Shown piece after piece: positions 52,355 to 63,920 of a DNA stretch of 64,000 bases (within the stretch, counting starts at the first letter, position 1; every line of letters starts with the position of its first letter). A program made the translations under genes and the position numbers. The notes beneath the pieces were generated by a model. It was not told the DNA's origin and did not search any database. It saw only the letters and a list, made by a program, of their open reading frames with translations. The stretch is taken from contig NC_059430.1 in assembly GCF_021028975.2 (NCBI RefSeq), forward strand, positions 33,480,001 to 33,544,000. The letters are read 5' to 3'. Origin of the DNA: Sphaerodactylus townsendi. Taxonomy: Eukaryota.

Positions 52355-55165
52355 TCAAGATTGGTAGCCATAAATCGACTTCTCCTCCATAAATCTGTCC
52401 AAGCCCCTTTTAAAGCTATCCAGGTTAGTGGCCATCACCACCTCCTGTGGCAGCATATTCCAAACACCAATCACACGTTGCGTGAAGAAGTGTTTCCTTT
52501 TATTAGTTCTAATTCTTCCCCCCAGCATTTTCAATGAATGCCCCCTGGTTCTAGTATTGTGAGAAAGAGAGAAAAATTTCTCTCTGTCAACATTTTCTAC
52601 CCCATGCATAATTTTATAGACTTCAATCATATCCCCCCTCAGACGCCTCCTCTCCAAACTAAAGAGTCCCAAACGCTGCAGCCTTTCCTCATAAGGAAGG
52701 TGCTGCAGTCCCTCAATCATCCTCGTCGCCCTTCTCTGCACTTTTTCTATCTCTTCAATATCCTTTTTGAGATGTGGCGACCAGAACTGAACACAGTACT
52801 CCAAGTGCGGTCGCACCACAGCTTTATATAAGGGCATGACAATCTTTGCAGTTTTATTCTCAATTCCTTTCCTAATTATCCCCAGCATAGAGTTTGCCTT
52901 TTTCACAGCTGCCATACATTGAGTTGACATTCCCATGGAACTATCAACTAAGACTTAAATCCCTTTCCTGGTCTGTGACTGATAGCAAGGACCCCTGTAG
53001 CGTGTATGTGAAGTTTGGATTTTTTGCCCCTATGTGCATCACTTTGCATTTTGCTACATTGAACTGCATTTGCCATTTCTTAGCCCACTCACCTAATTTA
53101 TCAAGGTCCGCTTGGAGCTCCTCGTAATCCTTTGTGGTTCTCACCACCCTACATAATTTGGTATCATCTGCAAACTTGGCCACCACGCTACCCACCCCTA
53201 CTTCCAGGTCATTTATGAATAGGTTAAAGAGCACTGGTCCCAATACGGATCCTTGGGGGCAACCACTCACTACATCTCTCCATTGTGAGAATTTCCCATT
53301 TACACCCACTCTTTGCTTCCTGTTTCTCAACCAGTTTTTAATCCATAGGAGGACTTCCCCTCTTATTCCTTCATTGCTGAGTTTTCTCAATAGTCTCTGG
53401 TGAGGAACTTTGTCAAAAGCCTTTGGAAATCCAAGTAGACAATGTCCACTGGTTCCCCTTATCCACATGCCTGTTTACATCCCTCAAAGAACTCTAGTAA
53501 GTTTGTAAGACAGGATTTGCCTCTGCAAAAGCCATGCTGACTCTTTCTCAGCAGGTCTTGCTTTTCTACATGTTTTATAATTTTATCTTTAATGACAGAT
53601 TCTACTAATTTACCAGGAACAGATGTCAAACTGACTGGCCTGTAATTTCCTCCGGGTCCCCCTAGATCCTTTCTTAAAAGATTGGTGTGACATTGGCCAT
53701 CTTCCAGTCTTCAGGGATGGAGCCTGATTTCAAGGATAAGTTGCATATTAAAGTGAGAAGATCAGCAATTTCATGCTTGAGCTCTTTAAGAACTCTTGGG
53801 TGAATGCAATCTGGGCCAGGGGATTTGGTAACATTTAGTTTATCAATGGCTGCCAGAACTTCTTCCTTGTCTACCACTATCTTTGCTAGTTCCTCAGATT
53901 CGCCTCCTAAGAAGCTTGGTTCAGGTGCAGGAATTTTCCTCACCTCCTCTTGGGTGAAGACAGATGCAAAGAATTCATTCAGCTTCTCTGCAATCTCCCT
54001 GTCATCTTTTAGCACACCCTTTGTTCCTTTGTCATCTAACGGGCCTACCGCTTCCCTTGCTGGCTTCCTGCTTTTGATGTACTTGAAGAACTGTTTGTTG
54101 CTGGTTTTGATGTTCACAGCCATGTGTTCCCCATAATCCTTTTTTGCCTCCCTTACAGCTAACTTGCTTCTCTTTTGCCACCATTTGTGTTCTCTCTGGT
54201 ATTCTTATCAGTTAACTTGGACTTCCATTTTCTAAAAGACATCTTTTTTTTTCCTAATAATTTCCTCAACGTCCCTTGTTAACCATGGTGGCTTTCTTTT
54301 GGACTGTGGCGCTGCCTTTTCTAACCTTAAGTGAACACATTCCAGCTGAGCTTTTGTGACTGTGTTTTTAAATAACCTCCAAGCATCTTGGACATTTTGA
54401 CTCTCTTGATTTTCCCTTTCAGCTTCCCAAGACTATCCCCTCATCTTTGAGAAATTTCCCTTTCTGAAGGCAAATGTAACTACATTAGTAGTTGTCACTT
54501 GTTCGCATGCAGAGATACTGAATCTGACAGCATTGTGGTCGCTGTTCCCTATCGGCTCAACAACACTGACTTCCCCCACCAGGTCCTGGGTCCCATATAG
54601 AATTAGATCTAGGATCACATCTCCCCTGGTTGGTTCTACAACCATCTGCTCTAAGCCACAGTCATTTAGCATATCCAGGAATGTTCTCTCCTTACTATGA
54701 CCTGAACATGCATTTTTCCAGTTTATATGGGGATAGTTAAAATCGCCCATTACCCGCGACATTTTGCTTTTGTTGGCCTCTCTAATTTCTTTTTCCATCT
54801 CAGAATCCTCTTGTGCGCTTTGGTCAGGGGACTTATAATATATTCCTAATGTTAAACTATGCTTCACCCCTGGTATTGATATCCACAGTGCTTCTGTAGG
54901 GGAATCAGCTCCCCCTGCACTGTCTATTTTATGTGACACTATGCTCTCTTTGATGTAGAGGGCCACTCCACCCCCAATACGCCCTGTCCTATCCTTCCTG
55001 TAGAGCCTGTAACCTGGGATAACAGCATCCCACTGGTTCTCCTCATTCCACCATGTCTCTGTGATGCCCACTATATCAATGTCCTCCTTCAAAACTCTGT
55101 ACTCCAGCTCCCCCCCGTTTTAGGTCTAATGTTTCTACTATTAGCATAGAGACACTTGTATACTC
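52355..55165 (-). pseudogene. CR1 ORF2 (APE endonuclease + reverse transcriptase), broken by small indels
   Basis: IVGITETWW, MGDFN, GNSDH (EN); KSPGPDCIHP, KAFDKVPH, PQGSVLGP, KFADD (RT); VRPHLEYCVQFWSP. Confidence 0.93.
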
Positions 55166-55359
55166 TGCCCTCTGTCCCTAACCTGGGATTTATGTGTTTT
55201 GCCCTCTAGCCTTTGTAGACACTATCACTTATCACATTGCTGTGCTCTTCACTTGTATGTGGTTGATTTAAAAAAAACCTCCTTCTCTGTCTGCATCCCC
55301 ATGGACTCTGTATTCCGAACCGAAGTCACCTCAGCTCCTGTCGGCTTTCCCCAGGGATC

Positions 55360-56260
55360 AGTTTAAAAGCTGTTCTGCCACCTTTTTAATGTTGAGCGCC
55401 AGCAGCCTGGTTCCTCTTTGGTTAAGATGAAGCCCGTCCCTTTTGTACAGGCCTGCCTTATCCCAAAAAGGTTCCCCAGTTCCTGACAAATCTGAAACCC
55501 TCTGCCTTGCACCACCTTCTCATCCACGCATTGAGACCCTGTATCTCCGCTGCCTAGCTCGCCCTGCGCGTGGAACAGGTAGCATTTCAGAGAATGCCAC
55601 CTTGGGGGTCCTGGATTTTAACCTTTTTCCTAGCAGCCTAAATTTAGCTTCCAGAACCTCCCGGCTACATTTCCCAATGTCATTGGTACCAATGTGGACC
55701 ACAACTGCTGACTCCACCCCAGCACTGTCTAACAGCCTATCTAGACGTAGCGTGACATCCGCAACCTTCGCACCAGGCAGGCAAGTCACCATGTGGTCAT
55801 CACGCCTGTCACAAACCCAACTCTCTATATTCCTGATGATCGAATCACCCACTACAAGGAGCCCCCCACCTCCCCGAGGGGTATCCTCAGTGCGAGAGGA
55901 TATCTGACCACCAACTAAGGAAGGGGTCCCATCTAAGGGGACATCTTCCCCCACCGCAGACTGGCACCCTCTGTCACCCAGACTCTCATTCTCCATGACA
56001 TCTGAAGAGATGTCACCTTGGGAGTGGGACCCGGCTGCTGGGTCCCTGAAAGCCTTGTTTGTTGCCCTCTCTGCCTCTCTCAGCTCCTCCAGGTCTGCCA
56101 CCTTGGCTTCAAGAGAACGGACACGTTCCTTGTATGCCAGGAGCTCATTGCAGCGAGGGCACACCCACGACTTCTGGCCTAGTGGCAGATAGTCATACAT
56201 GTGACACTCAGTGCAAAACACTGGGAAGCCCCCATCCCCCTGCTGGCTTCCTGCCTTCAT
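55360..56260 (-). pseudogene. CR1 ORF1 (N-terminal zinc finger/coiled coil + SGNH esterase), frameshifted near the C-terminus
   Basis: CTEC...CPRC, coiled coil, VVGDSII, CLPGAKV, VHIGTND. Confidence 0.9.
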
Positions 56261-56385
56261 ATCTGCTTTTGTTTATATATTTAGATATTAAACTTTTAGT
56301 CAGTGCCCCTTTGAGCTATCTGTACCTACTATCCCTCAAAAAATGTCCTTATTAATTAATTAATTTATTTATTTTTTAAAAAAAG

Positions 56386-56837
56386 ACCTCCAGCAGTCTC
56401 AGCTCTTAGCAACCTTACAAGGAGAAAAAGAGAAAACCCCTGCAAACCCCTGTTAAAAATACACTGTTTTAAAAGATGTGGCTTTGAGAAAAGCCCTCCA
56501 AAATGAACACCAGCAGGTCACTCTGCTCTTCCTGGCCAGTTGCCTTGTCCACTGCTGCTCCTTTCTGCTGGTTCCAGAGACTGAACTAAAGACTGAATGA
56601 CTCACCTCAGGAGCCCCACCTTTAGCAGCCCAGGACAAAGAGTAACCTCTGTTAACCCCTGTTAAGCCCCACCTCCAGCAGTCTCAGCTCTTAGCAACCT
56701 TACAAGGAGAAAAGAGATAACCCCTGCAAACCCCTGTTAAAAATACACTGTTTTAAAAGATGTGGCTTTGAGAAAAGCCCTCCAAAATGAACACCAGCAG
56801 GTCACTCTGCTCTTCCTGGCCAGTTGCCTTGTCCACT
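56386..56837 (-). repeat. Tandem 5'UTR monomers of the CR1 (period 285 bp, ~1.6 copies)
   Basis: 56386-56553 is repeated almost exactly at 56671-56837. Confidence 0.9.
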
Positions 56838-57273
56838 CAATTTTTAAGGCATCTCAAAGCTGTTTACAATTCCCTTCCCTTCGCTACCCCCTCCACACAC
56901 AGAGATAACAGATGCCTTGTGAGGTAGGTGGGTCTGACAGAGCTCTGAGAGAACTGTGATTAGCCCAAGGTCACCCAGCAGGCTTCATGGGGGGAAGTGG
57001 AGAAACAAACCTGGCTCTCCAGTTCAGAGTCTGCTACTCATGTGGAAGAGTGGAAAATCAAACCCAGTTCTCCAGATAAAGAGTCCATCCCTCTTAATCA
57101 CTATGCCATGCAGAAATATTGCATCAATGGGATCCTTAATCCCAAAGTTATACACCAGCTCCAGTTGGGGAGGGGACATAGCTCAGTGAGAAAATATACA
57201 CTTTTAAAGGCATGAATTCAATCTCCACCATTTCCAGTTTTAAAAGATTTCTGGGGGCTTTGAAGGTCTAGTT

Positions 57274-57707
57274 CAGGGGTAGGGAACCTTTAACACTCAA
57301 AGAGCCACTTGGACCCGTTTTCCATGGGAAAAGAAAACACTTGGAGCCGCAAATAATTTTTGACATTTAAAATAAAGATAACACTGTATATATTGGGTTT
57401 TTTTTACCTTTTACTCTGCTCATTCTGAGAAACGCATGGATGCATCTGCCCTGCTGCCTAGAGGGCGGGCAAGGATGGGGCCAGTGGCTCGGCCTTGCCG
57501 GCCGCCAGGAAAGTGCCCGCCCCGCTCCAACGGGGCAGGCGAGAGGGGAAGCCCGCGGCATGGCCCAGCCGGCTGCGGGCAGTTGGTGCGCCCACCCTGC
57601 TGCCTGCAGGGCGGGCAAGGATGGGACCAGCTGCTCGGCTCGAGGAGCCATGGTGCAAGGGCAGAAGAGCCGCATGCGGCTCTCGAGCCGCAGGTTCCCT
57701 ACCCCTG
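57274..57707. mobile_element. hAT1-like non-autonomous DNA transposon with GC-rich interior
   Basis: TIR caggggtagggaacc/ggttccctacccctg; subterminal aagagccgcatgcggctctcgagccgc; 8-bp TSD gtctagtt. Confidence 0.88.
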
Positions 57708-59309
57708 GTCTAGTTCATAGGAAGAGACTACAAAATACATTTAGCTATGTCTCGTTCATAGGAAGAGACCACAAAATACTCATAAGCTTTATCAAAGTTT
57801 CTATTACCCAACAGCCATACTTTCTTGGGCTGCTATGATTCCCTGACATCCCTTCCAAACATGTTTCTTGTAACTAACGAGAAAACCGAAACAGACTTCT
57901 AATTATAAACGGATATGAATTCTCTATTCTGGCCAACAAATCACCAGTGCAGCAGCACAATCTCTAGATGTCAGTGGATATGCCCCCGCCCACTCCAGAC
58001 TGTTATTGTGATTATATTTATGTTTATTGAATTTCTAGACCGCTCGCCCCTGTTAACCAGGCTCAGAGTGGTTTACAACATTTAACACAATAAAAACAGC
58101 ATCGCTTACCTTCCCCATCTATTGTTAACTGTGCAGTCTCCTTAGAAACAGGCGATTACACATGTGACAAAATAAATGATTTAATTACTTTGCATGAACA
58201 AAACCCACTACCTCGCTTGAGAGGAACACGCCACAACAGAAAAGCTTTGGGAGACATAGAGCATCCCAAGTTGGGAGTTTTTTTACTTTTAAAAGAAGCA
58301 TTTGTTCAATTTTTTAAAAAGTTCTGCTGTCAGAATTGACAGTTTGATGAAGCAGAGAGAAATCCCCTGTCCATTAATCATCTTTCAATTTTTTTTCCAA
58401 AAATGCCGCTTCAGCCTTGGTGGAAATAAATTTTTAATACCTGAACTCCTGCAACCCACCCAAGCATTTGTTAAACGCACGGTGCTCCGTCAGCCTTATT
58501 TTGCTCTCTCCTGAGTTAGGGTCTTGAGAAAATGGATATGTAGCAGCTAGGATAACAGGAGCTGCGTAACTCCAGCCAAAGACCTTTGGAGATCTATCTG
58601 TCATGCAGTAGATCACTAGGCCATGGAGGGAGGGGAACCCACTCCGTTGCTTGAAGGTGACTCCAGAGAGCAGCAGTCAGCTATGAATCAGGTCTCCATT
58701 ACATCACCAACTTCTTATTTTAGATATTTTCTTCCTTTCTTACAGATTTGACTGTCTGCATAGCTGTTTTTCACAGTGAAGCAATTACTAGTTTTCTGGA
58801 AAGACGCCAGCCTTCAAACAGACATTTCCCCAAAGAGGCATTCTGTCCACATTCCTAATGATTTACTCCTTTTCTGCATACATGGCATTAATTGTTATTG
58901 CCAAACATCTCTGCACAACAGACAAAGGTCAGCCCTCAAAGGAAAGCAACAATATGAGGAATTCTCTACTTTTCACACCACACTCTCCCCCCATTATTGT
59001 GTGCATTATGTGCTACAGTTGTACAATCTTGGGCTTACAGAAATATACACATACCATTCCCATCTCTACATTCAGACAGCTTAACAACACCCACAATTTA
59101 AAGCCAATACAATAGAAAACACAAACAAAAATCATCAGACAATGACACACAGTCCAAAAAACACACCAAAAACAAAGCAACAGGATTAATCTGGGCATGT
59201 CTTGAGGAATATAAAAGGCTTCTGCGAACCTTCAAACTGCCTCTGCACCTCCTCCATGAAGCTATTCTGGTGAGAGAGAACACCAAGTCATCAACAACAA
59301 AGTATATAC

Positions 59310-59660
59310 ACTCACTGAAGAAGACGTCTGCACTTTTCTGTTAAAGGGCACAAGTAGCAGGGTCTACTGTCCAAGCTAAGGAAGCACACGGGTTCATACC
59401 AGGAGATGCAGTTCTTTAAGCATGCAGTTCCCAGGTCATGAAAGGCTTTAAACTTAACAATTTGAACTGAAATTGGAAGGAAATAGGCAGCCAAATCTAG
59501 TGCCAGATGAATGTGATACTGTCCATACACCAAAGACAGTTGGCTGCACTCAGCATGAACTGCCTTCAGCATGAACTGCCTTCAAGGCCAACCCTGCATG
59601 TAATGTGTTACAGTTATACAGTCTTGGGGTTACAGAAATATGAATCAGCCAGGGTCATGT
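59310..59660 (-). mobile_element. Degraded L2 ORF2 fragment
   Basis: Minus translation LPISVQIVKFKAFHDLGTACLKNCISWYEP resembles the L2 C-terminal region. Confidence 0.55.
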
Positions 59661-59754
59661 CAGATGAGTTTAAAAAAGAAGGATAACATATTAACTAATT
59701 GTAGGTCATAAGATAACAGTCCAAGCAATATCTCCAACCTGATGTTACAGAATA

Positions 59755-60050
59755 AGAGGAAGAAGGAAGAGGAGGAGAAGTTTGGATTTATACTCCCTTT
59801 CTCTCCTGTAAGGAGACTCAAGGCAGTTTGCAAATTCCTTTCACTTCCTCTCCCCATACCAGACCCCCTGTGAGGTAGGTGGGGCTGAGAGAGGTGGGGC
59901 CCAAGGTTACCCAGCAGGAATATAAGAATGGGGAAACAAATCTGGTTCACCTGATAAGAGTCCACTACTCATGTGGAGGAATGGGAAATCAAACCCAGTT
60001 CTCCAGATTACAGTCCACCTTCTGTTACCCACTGCACCACACCGGCTCTC
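59755..60050 (-). mobile_element. Squam3-like SINE, full length
   Basis: gag/gaa tail, core, duplicated B-box segment, cactgcaccacaccggctctc head. Confidence 0.8.
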
Positions 60051-60863
60051 TAGGATGTATATTGGGATGAATAGTTTTAGCTTTACCACACAAACTCCTG
60101 CAAACATATGCACACACATGATCACATGCTTATACTCTGGATCCAGAAATAGATGCTGCAAAATGACAAGCAGTCAGAAATATTTTAGTAGTCATTGATT
60201 CTCCTTACAAAACCTGGAAGCTGGGGGTTTGTGTGGACCAAATTAGAGGTTTAGTGTCAGACCTGAGTATAGGAATTTCAGTTGTCTGCCAAATAGCTAC
60301 AGAGTGTTGGAAAAGAAGTGTCAGCTGCAGCCAAGATAGCAGTGTATAACCCTTTCCCCACCCACTTGCTCTTGCAAGCTATGCTATTCCATGTACTTCC
60401 CCAAACCAGATCTAGAAGTGTACAGCATTGCTAGGAAATACTTTTTTCTTCTGGACCCCATTCTTGCCTTCCAACAATAACAGACATATAAATATAAAAT
60501 TTAAAACCTAGAATTTTAACCCATGAATTCTAGTTCATTTTCACAAAATGGCATTCTGTACTACTTGATGATCTCATGTAGACGGAGCAATTCTCAACAG
60601 GTAAAGATTGGTCCAAGGATGGCGATCAGGAGACTAACAGCAGCCAAGAAACTCAGGGGCACAAAGGAAAAGAGACAGGAGGGAAGGGAACATGAGGGTA
60701 AAAGGGGAAAGAGAGAAGAAGGTAGGGGTAGGAAAACACACTGTTGGGGGGTGGGGAAGGAAAATCTCTCCCTACTACAACTCGCAGTTTCCTACCCCCA
60801 AGCCCTTTGTAGTTGTTCACTATTGACCTAGATCCCTGATCAAGGTTGGCTGATGAACACTGA

Positions 60864-61004
60864 GGCTCATTCCGCACATGCAGAATAATGCACTTTCAAA
60901 CTGCTTTCAGTGCTCTTTGAAGCTGTGCGGAATGGCAAAGTCCACTTGCAAACAGTTGTGAAAGTGGTTTGAAAATGCATTATTTTGCGTGTGCGGAAGG
61001 GGCT
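60864..61004. mobile_element. PIF/Harbinger MITE
   Basis: TIR ggctcattccgcacatgcagaataatgca / tgcattattttgcgtgtgcggaaggggct; 3-bp TSD tga. Confidence 0.85.
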
Positions 61005-61677
61005 TGAGTTTGGATCAAAGAGGTACACTGACCATTTTCCATTAACTTCCCCCCATCTTCCAGCTCCTTCATAGATTGCTAATTCATAGGATTGTTTTAT
61101 TAGTTAGGCCCTATCACAGCTGCATCAGTCTGAAATTGATTCCAGTTTGTAGTGCAGAGATAAAGTACGAGTCATTTGTAATCAGGGTCAAAAGACTGAA
61201 AATGCAGTCTAAATACAGCAGATTTTAAGCACATTTGCTGGTTATGCTGAAAGATGGGAGTCTCATGGCAAAATGAAAGGAATTCTACAGCAGGGGAAAA
61301 TATCACAGATTATGGTCTCTGTGAGGGTGTAGTGTCCATTTTTATGTGATTGAAGGGAAGGGAGGAGGTAGAGGATTTTGGGATTTGTCATAAATTCATT
61401 ATGCGCAGCAAGGTTAAATGTGGCAGCTAACTATAAAACCTCCTAAGGTTTACGATAGTCTTAAAAATTCCAGCAAACGGCAGAAATTATTAGATTTACA
61501 AATTATAGTCAAGCCAGAAAAAAATCCTCAACTATCATACAAATTTATTGCAGAGTGGATTTTTTTTTTTGCCCACTGTGGAGTAATAAATATGATGAAA
61601 AGACTCAGCTGTTTGCTTTGTGGAAGCACAGTATGCACCTACTCCAAGAAAAAATGTAGCCTTGAGATGCTCTAAAC

Positions 61678-61826
61678 CAGGGGTCTGCAACCTGCGGTTC
61701 TCCAGATGTTCCTGGACTACAATTCCCATCAGCCCTTACCAGCATGGCCAAATTGGCCATGCTGGTAGGGGCTGATGGGAATTGTAGTCCATGAACATCT
61801 GGAGAGCCGCAGGTTGCAGACCCCTG
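61678..61826. mobile_element. Palindromic hAT MITE (same family as 9447-9594)
   Basis: TIR caggggtctgcaacc/ggttgcagacccctg; 8-bp TSD ctctaaac. Confidence 0.9.
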
Positions 61827-62728
61827 CTCTAAACCAAGGTTCTAACCTCAGATGCAATTGCATTTTGGTCTTCATGAAGTTTCTTTCACATAGAAATAGT
61901 TTCTGCACCTAGCAAATCAAGAAGTCAGTTATTTAGAATTCTTCTCTCAGCCATATAACTGTGTTTAATCAATGTGTTTTCAGCACAAGCGACTATTTTT
62001 TGTGCTGTAGTTCCATCCTGGCATTCTGAAATGGTACATTCCTGGTAGAGTTGAGTGATGCAGTTCTTCTGAATGCGTAGTTCACCCCTCAACTATTGCA
62101 TTCCAGAAGCTTATATTACTCAGCTAAGAGAATCTATTTGTTGGCAAGTCATATGAAGTAGATATATGTATATTAAAGATGCAATCAAAACCAGTTACAC
62201 TATAACAGAAGTGCTGCAATTCAGCAGGCGGTTCCATCTATCCTTCACCATTGCAGACTGCATAAAGTCTTTTGTTTTCCAAAGAAGGGGTGGGTTTTTA
62301 AAATTCTATTACGGGTGTTTTCAGTGATGTTTTTATTTTGTACTTGAGCATGTGCAACCTCTGCAATTTTAATGGAAAGCTGTATATAATGTACAAAATT
62401 AAAGTCTACAAGTTTATTGAAAGAGATGCAGCGTTGCTTAATCAAACTTCACATTATAGACTCAGGGACGTGGGTTTCCATGTTTTGGATTCTTACTGCA
62501 TCCAAAATAGTTGTACTCAAAAGGGTAATGGTTTCTCTAATCTATGTGCTATTGTGCCATCTAAGAATGTTTGAAGAGCAGCACCAATCACAGCTCTTCT
62601 TGCATAGCTTTTGCTTTTGTCAGTCTTACCAACTCAGTGTCAATGTATTGTCGAAGGCTTTCACGGCCGGAATCACTTGGGTGCTGTGTGGTTTCCGGGC
62701 TGTATGGCCGTGTTCTAGCAGCATTCTC

Positions 62729-62771
62729 TCCTGACGTTTCACCTGCATCTGTGGCTGGCATCTTCAGAGGA
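62729..62771 (-). ncRNA. Minimal type I hammerhead ribozyme (pLTR copy 1)
   Basis: ucCU-CUGAAGA-u-gccagc(cacagau)gcaggu-GAAA-CGUC-agga: core boxes, helix I uccu/agga, GUC cleavage triplet. Confidence 0.75.
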
Positions 62772-63046
62772 TCTGATGTTGGGAAAGCAAGTGGAGTATA
62801 TATCTGTTGGAGTGTCCAGGGTGGGTGGGGAAACCTTGTCTGTGAGTAACAAAGGCAGCAACCAGGTCAATAGTTGAGGGCATCTGAATAGAAGTATGAG
62901 TAACAATGAAGACTATAGCCTGGGAGTAACCCTGTAGATAGCAAGGTCACTGGTGGGAGCATCTGAATAGAAGTATCCTGGCCTTTGTTTCTTTTGTCTA
63001 TGGTCATCCTGTGTTTGTGTGGAGCTGGTTAGACACTGTCTTGACT

Positions 63047-63430
63047 CTAGTATTTTTTCAACACTGGCAGCCAAGTTCTGTTCATTTTCATAGTTTCTTC
63101 CTTCCTGTTAAAATTGTCCATGTGCTTATGGATTTCAATTGCTTCTCTGTGTAGTCTGACGTAGTGGCTTTCAGAGTGGTCCAGAATTTCTGTTTTTTCA
63201 AATAATATTCTATGTCCAGGTTGGTTTATCATGTGTTCTGCTATTGCTGATTTTTCTGGCTGAAATAGTCTGCAGTGCCTTTCGTGTTCTTTGATACGTG
63301 TCTGTGCGCTGCGTTTGGTGGTTCCTATGTAGACTTGTCCACAGCTGCATGGTATGCGATAGACTCATGCAGTAGCTAAAGGATCCCTCTTATCCTTTGC
63401 TAAATGTAGCATCTGTTGAATTTTCTTAGT
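63047..63430 (-). pseudogene. Penelope GIY-YIG endonuclease domain, truncated, with in-frame stop
   Basis: KDKRDPLATA*VYRIPCSCGQVYIGTTKRSAQTRIKEH...SAIAEH...REAIEIHKHMDNFNRKEE; TGA sits where the G of the GIY motif is expected. Confidence 0.9.
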
Positions 63431-63877
63431 TTAAATAATAAAAAAAACAAAAAAAACCAGAAATTCTGGACCACTCTGAAAGCCACTACGTCAGACTACA
63501 CAGAGAAGCAATTGAAATCCATAAGCACATGGACAATTTTAACAGGAAGGAAGAAACTATGAAAATGAACAGAACTTGGCTGCCAGTGTTGAAAAATACT
63601 AGAGTCAAGACAGTGTCTAACCAGCTCCACACAAACACAGGATGACCATAGACAAAAGAAACAAAGGCCAGGATACTTCTATTCAGATGCTCCCACCAGT
63701 GACCTTGCTATCTACAGGGTTACTCCCAGGCTATAGTCTTCATTGTTACTCATACTTCTATTCAGATGCCCTCAACTATTGACCTGGTTGCCGCCTTTGT
63801 TACTCACAGACAAGGTTTCCCCACCCACCCTGGACACTCCAACAGATATATACTCCACTTGCTTTCCCAACATCAGA

Positions 63878-63920
63878 TCCTCTGAAGATGCCAGCCACAG
63901 ATGCAGGTGAAACGTCAGGA
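63878..63920 (+). ncRNA. Minimal type I hammerhead ribozyme (pLTR copy 2)
   Basis: Identical motif in the inverted arm. Confidence 0.75.

Larger units (their letters stand above)
52131..56838 (-). mobile_element. Near full-length young CR1 LINE inserted into a Squam3-like SINE (52090-52130 plus 56839-57110)
   Basis: ORF1 and ORF2 present, (ttcttatg)n tail, TSD ttttaag; the flanks rejoin into a contiguous SINE. Confidence 0.95.

Noticed and set aside
53134-56355. Plus-strand ORFs overlapping the CR1 (also 13891-14244)
   Set aside because: Antisense shadows of CR1 coding frames.
57367-57838. Several overlapping GC-rich ORFs
   Set aside because: They lie within a TSD-flanked hAT MITE; open frames are due to high GC.
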